DNA of 64,000 bases from Azolla caroliniana (lineage: Eukaryota; Plantae; Polypodiophyta), in the NCBI GenBank assembly GCA_043228905.1, contig JBHGNT010000018.1:7192001-7256000 (forward strand), given 5' to 3'. Positions 49,424 through 61,975 of the stretch are shown here, in pieces. The notes under the pieces were generated by a model. That model worked only from the letters and a program-made list of their open reading frames with translations, had not been told where the DNA came from and did not search any database. Position numbers and translations under genes: made by a program. Position 1 is the stretch's first letter; each line of letters opens with the position of its first letter.

Positions 49424-50918
49424 AGGAACTCGGTTGATCACCGTTGCCAAAGATCTCACCTCTTCACCTTTCTCGGCACATACCGGAGGATGTGCGGGTT
49501 TGGTGGGGGTGGATGTCGTGACGATTTTCGGCTACGGTGTGAAATCGAGTGAGACGAATAAACCAAGGATGTGCAACATTGCACATGCACTTAGCAAATA
49601 AACCTAGCCTAGTGGCACTTGAGTTCATACAGAGGGGTGCAAGCAAGGATTGAACCTTGCACCTCTAAGATACAAGATAATCGCCTTACCACTAGGACAA
49701 CTATCATATAATGTAGATTTTATGTATTTCCTTTTCATATACAAATTATAGACGAAACAACTATAGAAAACCATGTGCACAAAACCATGGTTTTAAACCC
49801 ATGGTTTGTGCATGACATAAGCAAAACTGTGTGCACAAAACCATGGTTTTAGCCCATGGTTTTGTGCATGTCACGAGCATGGAAAGACCTATAAAAGCCT
49901 CTAGTTGGGCTTGTGTAAGGGGGGCTCAATATGTGATATCACCAACACCATTATCATCAATATAATTATATTTGTCTTTATCTTCTTCTTATTTTTCTAC
50001 TTCTCAAGTGTACAATCTTTCTTCTTCTCAAGTAAACCAATTTCATCTAATCTTACATTGATCGTCATCTCTTCGATAATTCCGCGAACATCCTCCCCAG
50101 TCCAAGACCCCGGTGGTCGCTCGAGTAGCACACGCACGCGCGAATCTTCGCGACAACGTCGTCAATTGGGAGTAATTACGAAGGGATTTTCGCAAAAACC
50201 CGACAAAACCAAGGAATGATCGAACTTCTCGAATATTTCGAAGAGTGGGCCAAAGCTTGATTTTCTCGATGCGAGAAGGATCAATTTCAACTCCTCGTTC
50301 GGTTATGAGATGTCCAAGATAAGTAATTGATTTCTTGAAGAACTCACATTTTGAGATCTTCGCATAAAACCTTTTGTCACGCAATGTTTGTAAATCAAAG
50401 CGGACATGTTTAGCATGTTCTTGTATTGTATGGCTATAAACTAAAATATCATCCAAGAAAATAACAACAAATTTTCCAAGTTGTTCTCGGAAAATGTTAT
50501 TCATTTCTTGTTGAAATGTAGCCGGAGCATTGGTCAAACAAAAAGGCATAACCAAAAACTCATAATGGCCATAGCGCGTACGAAATGCCGTTTTAGGAGC
50601 ATCGTCCTCACTTATACGAATTTGATGGTAGCCAGTACGGAGATCAAGTTTCGTAAAATACCGAGCTCCCTAGAGACGGTCAATTTGATCGTCAGCCCGA
50701 GGCAATGGATACGAATTCTTGATCGTCACTTTATTCAAGCGTCGATAATTAATACACATACGACATGTGCCCTCTTTCTTTTTAACCAAGAGAACTAGTG
50801 CACCCCATGGAGATTTACTATAAGGTATATAACCCATTCGTAAATAGTCCTTGAGTTGCTTAGATACCTCATCCTCTTTGGATTGACTTAAGCGATAAGG
50901 AGGTATACTTATTGGTGC

Positions 50919-51235
50919 AACGCCAGGTACAATATTTATACGATGGTCTATATTATGTTTAGGAGGTAATCCATCTGGTAGTTCACTCGGAAAAACATCA
51001 CGAAAATCATTTAAGATTTCATCAAGTTGTTGTTCAAAATATGTTAATTGAACCAAGACATTGGCGATATTGTAAACGCCAGGTACAATATCTATACAAT
51101 GGTCTATATTACGTTTAGGAGGTAATCCATCTGGTAGTTCACTCGGAAAAACATCACGAAAATCATTTAAGATTTCATCAAGTTGTTGTTGTTCAAAATA
51201 TGTTAATTGAACCGAGACATTGTCGATATTGTAAA
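50919..51235 (-). repeat. In-frame 156-bp tandem duplication at the start of RT in element I
   Basis: [52 protein letters not shown] occurs twice. Confidence 0.92.
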
Positions 51236-53872
51236 TGTGAATGTCCGGATCAAGTACACAATAAAATAGAGTAGAACAAGACAACTCAGATATTGATGGA
51301 GAGGAAACAATCGAGAGGGATTGTTTTTTTACACATTGAATAAAATGAGTACAGTCATTCAGTACAAATGTAACTAAATGATGAACCCAATCAATAGATA
51401 AAGAAGAGTTTTTATTATAGAACCAGGGATAACCCAATATTACATCAGTGGTACAAAGACTCATTATGTGGAAGTCTACTTCCTCTATATAAGTAGCAAT
51501 AGAAATTCGTAATGAATGAATCGCCCCGTTGATGTATTGTACTCTTCCATCAGCCAAGTGCACCGTATAGGTGTGATCACTTACGGTGGGTTGGATTCCC
51601 CATATCTGAACCAAACGATCATTTACAAAGTTGTGTGAGATTCCCGAATCAAATAAAAATTGTATGGGAGATCCATTGATATACCCGTTTGCACGTAGTA
51701 AATCATTAGGACCCAATACATAGTGAGGGAAAGAACATTGACAATTACTTAAATGATGTGTATAGACCTGAAGGACATTAGGAATCTGACCTTTATGGTT
51801 TGCAGCTTTAGCTTTGCTGGCGTGCTCTTTCCGTTGGAGCTTTCGACATTGCTCTTTTGTACGACCCTTTTTTTTGCAGAATATGCAAAAAGGATGTTGT
51901 CGCTTACAATCGTGATCCATGAATTCGTTGGGTGTCTTGCGTTTCCCAGCGAATTGCGACTACTTAGTCCTGGGCGCTTCGTTTGGTTTGTTGTGGTCCT
52001 TCTTTGAAGTGCGTTGATAGCGAAGAACTATTTCAACGACCTCTTCGAAGGATTTTGGATCCTTATCGTGCACTCTCCAGTGATAGTCCGAATTGGGGAT
52101 GCCATTGACAAAACAAGCTATTAACCAATTGTCCCCTTCTAGAACCGACTTTTGGATTTGGGTTCTAGCATGGTGAACATAGTCTTCTAGCGAGGAAAAC
52201 TTCTTGCTAGAGAGGTTCATTAAGGTTTGTGCTGCCTCGGTTTGAGAAGGAGGTTGTAGAAATTGGCCCTTGAAAACTGTGACGAAATCTGTCCAGGTAT
52301 CGGGCAATTTCCCCAAAGTACGAAGCCCACGGCCTTACCCCCTAGTTCTCGGCCGACATATGCAATCTTCGTACTATTTGGCGTGGGATAGAGCTCAAAA
52401 TGAGACTCCCATCGGCCTAGCGACGTGCAGATTGCTTCTTCGGTTCTTTCCTTTTTTTCTCCCATAAATGGCTTAACAACAAACGATGGTTCACCCTATC
52501 GCTCATAAGGTCTATTAGTCTCATGTTTTAAACAAATGACATGTGCCTCGAGAACACTTTGAGATTGCCAAAGTTCGGTCATCTGTTGAGTAGTGAAACT
52601 AAGGTATTGGGTTGTTTGCAAAAAATACATCTCAATGGACATTTGTCCAAGAGAATTTCCTTGAGTTCCTTCTGCTTGAGCGGATGACATCGGTTCGTTA
52701 TTTTGAGCCATGGAATGGTTATTTCTGTTAAAGAAATAGGATAAGGTCAGACAAATAGTCATAACATCATGTCGTGATGTAAACATATCATGGGCAAACA
52801 GTAATCGATATCATGATCTCACGTCAATAGCCCTTTAGACGTATGAGATGAGGTTCAAGATCAGGTTACTATGGTAACACAAAGGTGTTTTAAAAACCAT
52901 GGGGGTGACAAATAAATGTCTTTCCCTGATCTCTATATCAATTTTTTCATGGTGGCTCTCCGAAGCTCAACCATGTATGTTCGTGTCATGAGTAGTTTAT
53001 ACACGAAAAAAATGTTAACAATAAACTATGTTACTGTGCCCACATATGTGTTTTCGGCTCTTTAAGTCCTATTATGAGGACCCCGAAGTGCACTTAGACC
53101 TCAAGTCTAAACATGTGTTATAGTCATATGTATCAACAATGTTGTATGGTCTTGGTCATATTTGAACTCGAGAACAAATGCATTAAACACTTGAACCAAC
53201 CAAGTAGGTTGCTCTTCTTGAATGTTTAATGTTTTATGCGTATAAGAGATATGCGAGGCATTTGCCCATATATGTTTTTTTAAAAGAAACATATATGTCA
53301 AGAGTCCTTATTTCCCCCTCGTTTACTACAAAATATGTTGGTACATTACCTAACCTCAAGTCTCGTAATTACGATGGCATACGCCAAAGTTCAACCTAAT
53401 GGTCAAGCCAAATGAGCCCTCTTTTTGTAGTAGGCCCACGTGGCCCATCACATGGTTATGTCATTACGAATGCCTCTCGTAAGAATGATCTCATGGTGGC
53501 ATCGTATCCATGTAACGAGGGAGGGATGTTGGATATGTGTGTCATAGGAGCGACCTCACATGAGGTGGGTCAAGCCCTACGTTCTCAACATCATTGTGGC
53601 TATAGGCATTTCTTTACGTAATAAAATCGAAGTCACCAACGGGAATGTCAACAATAAAAAATTGTTGATAAAAGGGATGGTGATGGCCACCAAGATCCTT
53701 TCCCCGAAAAGGAAAACATTCGATATAAAGATCACGTAATATCAAATATACACATATGTTTATTTATCACATATATACGATCAAATACATATACACGTGA
53801 CCACATATGCGTATATTAAAAAAAATCGTAACATCAAATAGCCAACATATGATGAAATTGAGACACGTAATC

Positions 53873-54130
53873 GAGGCATGTAGCCTCTACGCACACGAAA
53901 CATCCAAAAATAAGGGTTAATCGTAATACGCAATTGAGGTATTGACCTCATACGCATACGACACCAAACGCATATCATTTACAACGAAATCGAGGTATTG
54001 ACCTCATACGCATACGTAACATATGTATGTGAGTGTAATACGCAATTGAGGTATTAACCTCGTGCGCATACGACACTAATCACATATTCAATATATGTCA
54101 AATGAGGTATTGACCTCATACACATATGTA
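53873..54130. repeat. 56-bp-period hairpin array in the leader of element I
   Basis: GAGGT-attg-ACCTC at 53936, 53992, 54048 and 54104. Confidence 0.85.
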
Positions 54131-54828
54131 CACATTTTATACAACCAATTAATTACCACTTCAACATCATTGAATATATATATATATATATATATAAATT
54201 ACACATGATTAAATTGGGAGAAGAAAGAATAGAAAAAACAAGAAAGATTACCCAAGTTCTTTTGTTGATCATTGTCTGGGTCAAGGCCGACTGCACATCG
54301 ATTGATCACCATCAATTAACAAAACAAAAGACAACAAAAGAAATATTAGCACATTAGCTCTGATACCAACTGTTAGAGACATGAACTAATGTAAGCATTA
54401 GATAAGGATAGAATATAGATAGATAGATAGAAATGAGAGAGAGAAGGGTGTCGATCCACCCGACCACCCCTGAGCGAAGGGATCGAGACGGACTCGAGCC
54501 TCGATCGGCGTCCCATACCACCGTCGTGGTGTCGAGTCGTACCTGGTGCTGGCGCGCTTGCTACAAGAGTTGACCCACCACAAGATAGAGTCTCCACGTA
54601 GTCAACCCAATGATCAAATGAGGGTAGCTAGGCCTCTTATTTATAGCGATACCCAAGGCCCCTAGGCAAGTTCACACTTGGCCTAATGGGTTGTCTCAAT
54701 CCTGAGGATTAAAAGTAATCCTCTCCTTCTTTACACTCTCGTTTAACCCTCACACTTATCCACGTGTATAGAATACTACGGTAAATTCTTACCACGGGAT
54801 ATTATATGGTCATGCCCGTAACAAGCAA

Positions 54829-55341
54829 GCTTGATTTTACCCTTGCTAGGGACAACAGTTTTCCTTCTGGCCCGGCATTGCCCAAGTGACAACTAGCTTC
54901 TCCCAACTATCCGTGAGGGAATCGAGCTGGAGCAACGCAAGTACCTCGTCGGCTAGACGTACTTCCAACAAGTTTGTTTGAATTATGAGCCATGCTGGAT
55001 CTGTCTTGGTATTGGAGTCTCACTAACTTCCGGAATACTGAAACCCGATTTACGACGTTTTTACTCTCGAGCATGCTACCGATTTTCTCCCAGAGCACAT
55101 GAACCTTGCTTTCTTCATTGAAGTTGTTGTATAAGCTCATGTCAATGAAGCATCTAATGTATGCCATTGTCTTCATATGCATCACCTCCCACGTCGTGGC
55201 ATCGATCTTGTCTGAACTCTTGTCTCGAAACTATACTAGCAACCGAAGATCTTTGACCACGAGCATGTCCCTCATCTTCGACTTCCACACTGGGTAGTTG
55301 GAGCTAGTGAGCTTGAACATGCTTCCAAATGACTCTTCCAT
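54829..55341 (-). pseudogene. gag: Copia E gag N-terminus
   Basis: MEESFGSMFKLTSSNYPVWKSKMRDMLVVKDL, homologous to H gag. Confidence 0.88.
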
Positions 55342-55834
55342 TTTTCTTCAAGGTTTAGAAACTTCGTTCTGATACCAATTTGTGACGAATAGAGCTTGGC
55401 CACAACCGAGTCTCAAACACTCAATGGAAGAAAACAAGAAAAATAGAAAGTAAGGCGACACAAGATGTTAACGTGGAAAACCACGGGATCCCATAGACTC
55501 CAACTATCACTATGAGGGGAAGTGTACAAAGAAAAGACTCATAGGCAACGACCTCGAGCTCTATACCTTCGCCAACCGGCGGTTACAATAGAAAGGTTTT
55601 CTGTTTGTTTGTTTGTTTGTTTGTTTGTCTCTATACAATGATAACAACTACAATAAAGTACTACACTTAAAAGTGATTTCCCCAAGTCATATTTATACTT
55701 ATATGACTTTAGGGCTATTTACAAATATAGCATGATAGGCACATCAGAAACATATTTATAGATATGTCCATGGATCCGGTTCATACCGGATCCATCCAAT
55801 ATGGATCCCATCCAGAGGAATCAAATTCCTAACA

Positions 55835-57022
55835 TGCACATCATTGATGGTGAAGTTTCCTCCTCCGGGGAGATGAAATGTAAGTTGTCCTTTGCGTAAT
55901 GCTTGTTTTACTCCATTATTTCTAAATCTAACAGTTATTGGATTTTGTAGGGGTGTGTACCTTTGAAGCCAATCCGATCGATGTGTGAGGTGATTCGTTG
56001 CTCCGGTGTCGAGATACCATTTGTCATCCTTCTTTGTTGTTATATCCCTGACAAGTGCTTCAGCTACGAAAGCTTGCATGAAGTTGTTGTAACCTTCATA
56101 TTCATATTCATCATTTTCTTACATTGAAGCGGCATAGATCTCTTCTTCTTCTTCTACATTTCTCTCTTCCTCGAATTCTTGTACAATGTGCGCTTGTGGT
56201 CGACGAATGTTGCTTGGGAATCTTCGAATCTTTTGTTTTGCTTTACATTCTGTGGTGTGTGGCCTCGTCTTTTGCAAATGTTTCAATAAGACTTAGGGAA
56301 CTTCATTCTTCCTTTAGTCATAGGTGCATTAGTCCATTGGCTCTTGAAACTCTTGTATCGTGGTGGTGTTTTGTAATGAGGTCGATAGGCTGCCATAGTG
56401 ATTGCTTGTGTCAATGTGTTTTCTTCTCTTGTCTTTCTCATCGAGTCTTCTTGTCTTATGTCTCCCATGAGATCTTCCATAGTGCATGTTTATTTAAATT
56501 TTGCATAGTTACAAACGATGACCAATAAGAGGGTAAAGCACCTAATAATAAACATCTTTGTAGTTTGTTGGAAAAGTCCAAACCCAATGTGATTGTATCA
56601 TCTAGTTTCTCTTCCCAAGTTGTTAGGAAGTTATCTACATCTTCTTCTTCTTTCATTGTTAATGTGACATATGCACGTAATGTGTGCACTTGTGCTGCAT
56701 CGGTCTTTGGTTCGTATTGTGTCTTTAATTTTTCCCATATTTGATGTGAAGTTTGTAGTTTTCTGACGGCTTCTCCTTGAACATCTGATATATACGCTAA
56801 CAATTCCATCTTTGCCACAAGGTCTTTCTCTTCCCAAGTAAATTGATCAGGTCTGGCGACATCTAGTTTTGTTGATGATCCTGACACTACATCCCAAAGT
56901 TTGTAGTCTTGAAATAATAATTCGAGTCGAGCACTCCAAATGCGATAATTTTGCTTCTGTAACTTTACTAATGAAAGTTTATGTGCGTTGAGAATGTTGG
57001 CAGGAGTTGAGGATTGTGTCAT
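55835..57022 (-). pseudogene. gag: Copia C gag and protease
   Basis: NYRIWSARLE..LWDVV, LLGALPSYW, WYLDTGATNH motifs; frameshifts. Confidence 0.88.
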
Positions 57023-57360
57023 TTTTATAGAAGAGGGTTATCCGGCTTAGCGGTTGTCTCGATGACAAATCGATCAATGCTCCTAGGATTCTGTAGTCTT
57101 ATTTGATAGATGCGGAAATATATAAATCTAATACCATGTAGAATTAAGCAACTATACAAATAGTGAATGATTGCTAGACAGAGAGATCACACATACACAA
57201 CATTGTTCTATATTGATTGTATTATGTTACAATAACCAAATGTCTTGTTTATAGAGACGATGGACAAAAAGTCATGTCTCTTCAATGGAGTGTTCTCTCT
57301 AAAGTTTAATAATAAACAACTCTTCGTAATTACTTAAATATTTCTAATTAATATGAATAT

Positions 57361-60300
57361 TGTTATAGAATAGACTATTAAGCAAGATCAAAGAGCAATT
57401 AGATATTAACTCAGATCACCAATCACATATCAATATAATCTCTAGATCGAGCTCATAGGCTATGCTCTTCTATATATAATACCAAAATGATTTAGAGACA
57501 TGAGTTTATGACCCACTAGATGATGGGATGCATGCATACTATTTACATCATGAAGTCTTGTTAATTAAGATAAATATAGCATGACTCATTACATGCATGA
57601 GTTCATAACACTCCCCCTCATCTCATCATCATTGGTTTAGCTTGCCAACTTTGATAATCTTCTGAGCCCAAGAGAAGGAATGTTCAACCAATGTTTTGAT
57701 GTAGGTAAGCTTTTGGTAAAAATATCCGCCAAGTTTTTGCTTGATGTAATGCCAATATCTTAGAATGATTTGAAGATGTTACATCCAACATTTTCTTTGT
57801 CGATCCCCAATAGATCGCTGGGCCACCAACAAGGAAAACATATCTTGTTTGTGATCTGCTAATGTGAGGGCCAGATAAGAACCTAGCGTTAGAATAACCG
57901 GTCAATTTGACCGTGCATAGAATTGCTGGTAAAGAAAAGACCCATATCGTGCCTCGTAAATATCAGAAAATTTGCTTTAAATTCTAGTCCAATGTTTCCT
58001 GGTAGGATCGTGACTATATCGAGCCAACAAATTGACAACGAATGAAATGTCCGAATGCGTACAATTGGCCAAGTACGTAAGTGCACCAACAACAGCCATG
58101 TAAGGATACTATGGTCCCGACGCTGACTCGTTAGAAGATCTTGGCCGAAATGGGTGACGAGAAGGATCCAGAGAGCGCACTACCATAGGAGTTCTAATAG
58201 AATGAGCTTGATACATAGAAAACCATTTTAATATTTTATGGATATCAGTGCTCTGATGAAGAAGAATTCCATTTGATAGGTGCTCAATCTGAAGACCCAA
58301 GTAGAATGTAGTTAAACCAGGGTCTTTCATTTCAAATTCGCGGCTAACCATAGCAACAACATCTTCAATAACATTGGATGCTCCAATAATATTGAGATCA
58401 TCAACATAAATAGCGATTATAACAAATTCTCTAAGATGATGATAACTTGATCGATGGATTGCGAAATTTTCCAAGATTATAATGAATAACTTCTCTTTTA
58501 TCATTACCCTTCCGCACAAAAACCCAACGATAACCAACGGGTGTATGACCAATAGGCGTCTCTTGAATTTTACCAAAAACTCCTCGATTGAGAAGACCAT
58601 TTAGCTCAACCTGAATAGCTTCTTTCCACTTATTTCAAAAAGGGATTTCTTTTCCTTCTTGAATAGTTTGAGGATTCGATTTGTTCACAAAAGTTGTTGT
58701 CATGAATTGATGGGGAGAGTGAACATGATATGATGACGGCCGTAATTAGAGAAGTTGTGCTGCATGAAGTACTGCATGTCCCCATGTTGAACTAGGCAAA
58801 TTCGATTTGAGAAGAATTAGCCACACAATTTCTTGGATTTCTTTAATCAAAGATTTAGCCACACCATTTTGAGTGTGAACATGAGGAGTTGAAGCTTCAA
58901 AATTACTATTGATAGATTCACAACAATGAATAAAGGTTGTTTACGTAAACTGAGCAGCGTTGTCCATCCGAATCGACTTAATTGGAAAATCTGGGAATTG
59001 AGCACGCAACTTGATGATAAGGATGAGGAGTCAAGGCAACACCATGTTGGGAGTAGAAAGAAGTGTGGCGTGAGAAAAATGCAATGAAGCCTCTTTCACT
59101 CCCATGAAGTAATAAAATGGTCCATAAGGAGGGTGCACTTGTCCATGGGTATCACCATATATACGCTCCAAAAAATTTGGTGACTCATACGGTTCCTTGT
59201 GCAAGGAAGGACAAATCACTAGCTTTCCTTGTGAGCATGCAACACAAAAACGAGTTTTAGCTTGATTCAACTATTTCAACTTTAAAGGTAGATCTTAAAC
59301 ATTATTGATCATTCTCCTAATCATTGTATTGTCAAGATGACCTAGTCGATCATGCTAGAGATCCATTATATCAATATTGACCTTCGAGGAAATATTGTAG
59401 TAGTAAACACATAAGGCCATGCAGATCTCTGGGGCATTAAGGTTGAAACAATACAATTGATTTGGTATAACTTCTAACTCCTGAATAACTTGGGTAGTAT
59501 TTGACAGGTGCTTGACAACTCGCATTGTCTCTTTCCCATCTTGTTCCCATGTCATGAGGTGGTATCCCTTGCGTTGCACATATGCAAATGCAAGAAGATT
59601 TCTTAGTGGGGTAGGCGCATAGATAGCAGATTCGGGTATTTCCAAGAAAACACCACTTGGAAATTGGATAGTGGTGAGGTCTCTTCCTTGTCCAATACAA
59701 GAACCAGCTATAGTCTTGATATCGAAAGGGGCTTGATCTTTAATATGATGAAATAATTCTTTATGACATAAAATAGTGTGTGTTGAGGCGCAATCAATAA
59801 GACAAAGAAACGCCTTGTATGCAAATCAATCATATGAGCTTCAAACATGTTGGCTTCGGGCTCGAATTCCAAAGGTTAATCCATAAAACTATATTCCAAG
59901 ATTGGAATTGATGGTGAGATCGTTGATGATTCTGCTACCATATTAGCCTCTGGTTTCGTATCTCGACCTTGCTTGCCATACTTCTAGTAAAGATCAACAT
60001 GAAACTTAGAAGTTCGGCAAGTATTTGCCCAATGCCCTCGTAAACCACATCGAAGACATGAATTCGATGAAGGCTTATCTTGACTTGACTTTGATTGATG
60101 ATGCATTGGCTTGACTTGATTACTTGTGGGATATTGTTTCCGTTGTTGATTTCTTCGTCCTCTTCCTCTTCCTTGACTTTGTGCATATGGATGTTGGTGA
60201 CGATGTTGTCGTCTAGAATAATTACTCTCGACATTCGTCAAATCCTTGAATTGTAGAGGAGCTGTAGATTGACTTATTGGATGAAGTTTGTCGTTCTTGA

Positions 60301-61975
60301 GGAGAACTTGGTGGTGTTGTTCAGAGACAAGAAGTGCGGATAAAAGTTCAGCATAGGTTTTAAAATCATGATTACAATATTGTTCGGAAAGATTAAAATT
60401 TGAGGGATGAAAAGTAGTTAACATTTTGTTGATTAGATTCGCCTTTTGAACAAGGCTATCATGACCACAAAATTTAATTTTTGAAACGATACCAAGTAGT
60501 GATGAATTATATTCAACATCTGTCTTGAAATCTTGAAAACGAAGTTGATTCCATTCATGCAAAGTGTTGCGGCCAAGAACAACTTGTTGATGATCAAAGC
60601 GGGCTTTGAGTTGCTTCCAGAGAGTTGATGGATTCTTGATGGAGAAGTATTGATTTTGAAGGCTTAGATCAAGGTGATGAAGGATGAAGATGAACGCTGT
60701 CGCGAAAATACGACGAGGATACGTGAACGTTGAGGCAAGACCCCGGGGCCTTTGACTAGAGGATATCAAATTCGTGTATTTATGTACTAAGAATTAACCG
60801 AAATGAGAAAGATTAACAAATTTCATTAACAAGTAGAAAGAAAGATTACAATTAATCCCAAGATTGGGATTACAAAAAGTTTGCTAATGGAGATGGCTAG
60901 AGTAATAGATTAGAGGAAATTAAGATATGAATTCTATAAAAAATTAGGGTTTTTGGTTTTGATAAGAGATTATGGTTTTATGAGTTGAATAGCTTCCGTA
61001 TGGAAATTTAGGGTTATGAGTAAGATATGGCTTCCGTAAGGAAATTAGGGTTTACTTGAGAGATATGACTTCGATAAGATAGGGGAGCTCTGAAAGAAAA
61101 GAAAAAAAATTAAGATAATATGGAGAGAGCCTGAGTGTAGGAAAAAAAATGGAATTTTATATGGAGTTCTCCCTTGATCATCTGCATGTCCACTTTTTGT
61201 TGCATGGCCTCTACTTTTAGCTGCTTAGCTTTTTCTTTTAGTTGCATCTATTTTTAGTTGCATGCGATCGTCCACATGGCCTTTACTTTAGTTCTCTTCA
61301 CTTTACTTTAGTTTGTTGCATGATCCAATCTTTCGTTCGTCCGCGTCCAACTTCATCAGGTAGCCGGTTCTGCTAGATTGCCGAATCCCTCGCCGGCCGG
61401 TTTCGGTTTGCTTGCCGGTTCCGATTCCAATTTTGCTTGCCGGCCGGTTCCGGTTTGCTTGCCAACCGGTGTCTTGAAGATCCGTCACTACGCGCGGATC
61501 GTGAGGCGGAACCGTCGGGGTTCTGGACCAGAAGGATTCAAAGTCGGTACAAGCTTTGGCGCAAGCTTTAGCGAGAAAGTACTTAAGATAGATTGGGAAA
61601 GAGAGAAGTTGAGATTACACGATTGAGAGAGATTGATTGAACTTTTAACTTTAGATTTCAGAAACAAGTTACACGATCAACTTGATAACAAATTTCCTCT
61701 TAATTTTCATAAAAAAAAACGTGTTTTTTCTCCTCCCCCTTCCTTCTTTTATAGATGCTCTCATGCATATGATGCATGTGAGGGTACAAGACATGCATAA
61801 ATTGCATGTTTGCCATTTGGCGCTTATGTATTACATGTGGTGCATGACAACCATGTCACTCATTTTAGCTCTCATGTATGAGAATTTACATGTAAAAGTA
61901 CAATGATAGAAATATAATTTCAACTAAATAGCATGGCTTAATGGTAAGCCAATTGACTCCTAACTTGGAGGTGCA
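57361..61975 (-). mobile_element. Element M: decayed Copia (Bianca-like) inserted in the 5' LTR of C; 5' end outside the window
   Basis: 3' LTR 57361-57610 (TGTTAT...ATAACA) with PPT GAGGGGGAG. Gag 59984-60769 with CLRCGLRGHWANTC. Integrase FLERIYGDTHGQVHPPYGPF resembles the Bianca signature. RT is partly deleted. Confidence 0.8.

Larger units (their letters stand above)
46641..50155 (+). mobile_element. Element B: very young Gag-only LTR retrotransposon, tRNA-Trp primed (relative of A)
   Basis: LTRs 46641-47282 and 49514-50155 (642 bp, no differences seen), TGTCG...CGACA, PBS 47288-47305, PPT GGTGGGGGTGGA, flanks acga/acgt. Confidence 0.94.
44230..52711 (-). pseudogene. Gypsy I gag-pol (interrupted by solo LTR and element B)
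   Basis: LFDSG protease, FLDD RT, ETDASDYA RNase H, SMDFI / SDRDPKF integrase, GPF motif and C-terminal chromodomain-like ILDVK..IKW..DATWE. Confidence 0.9.
43766..54823 (-). mobile_element. Element I: Ty3/Gypsy chromovirus, tRNA-iMet primed, with ~1.6 kb leader
   Basis: LTRs 43766-44222 and 54371-54823, perfect TSD AGCAA, PBS TGGTATCAGAGCT 54356-54368, PPT AAAGAGAGGGAG. Confidence 0.94.
20181..55834 (-). mobile_element. Element E: Tnt1/Tork-like Copia nested in C, itself hosting G, H and I
   Basis: 3' LTR 20181-20663, 5' LTR 55381-55834, perfect TSD TGCAC, PBS TGGTATCAGA (tRNA-iMet) at 55368-55377, PPT next to 20663. Confidence 0.92.
12526..57360 (-). mobile_element. Element C: Ty1/Copia retrotransposon expanded to >=45 kb by nested insertions
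   Basis: 3' LTR 12526-12774 with adjacent PPT. 5' LTR 57137-57360 (about 15 differences in 224 bp), cut by element M, with PBS TGGTATTAGA. Gag-PR-INT-RT-RH order is restored once inserts are removed at their TSDs. Confidence 0.9.

Noticed and set aside
50043-50555. 170 aa RT ORF with a novel C-terminus
   Set aside because: Chimera of the Gypsy I RT running into the LTR of element B.
53930-54130. CRISPR-like repeat-spacer array
   Set aside because: Eukaryotic retrotransposon leader with no cas genes. Alternate spacers resemble each other (a 112-bp higher-order duplication), so they are not acquired spacers.
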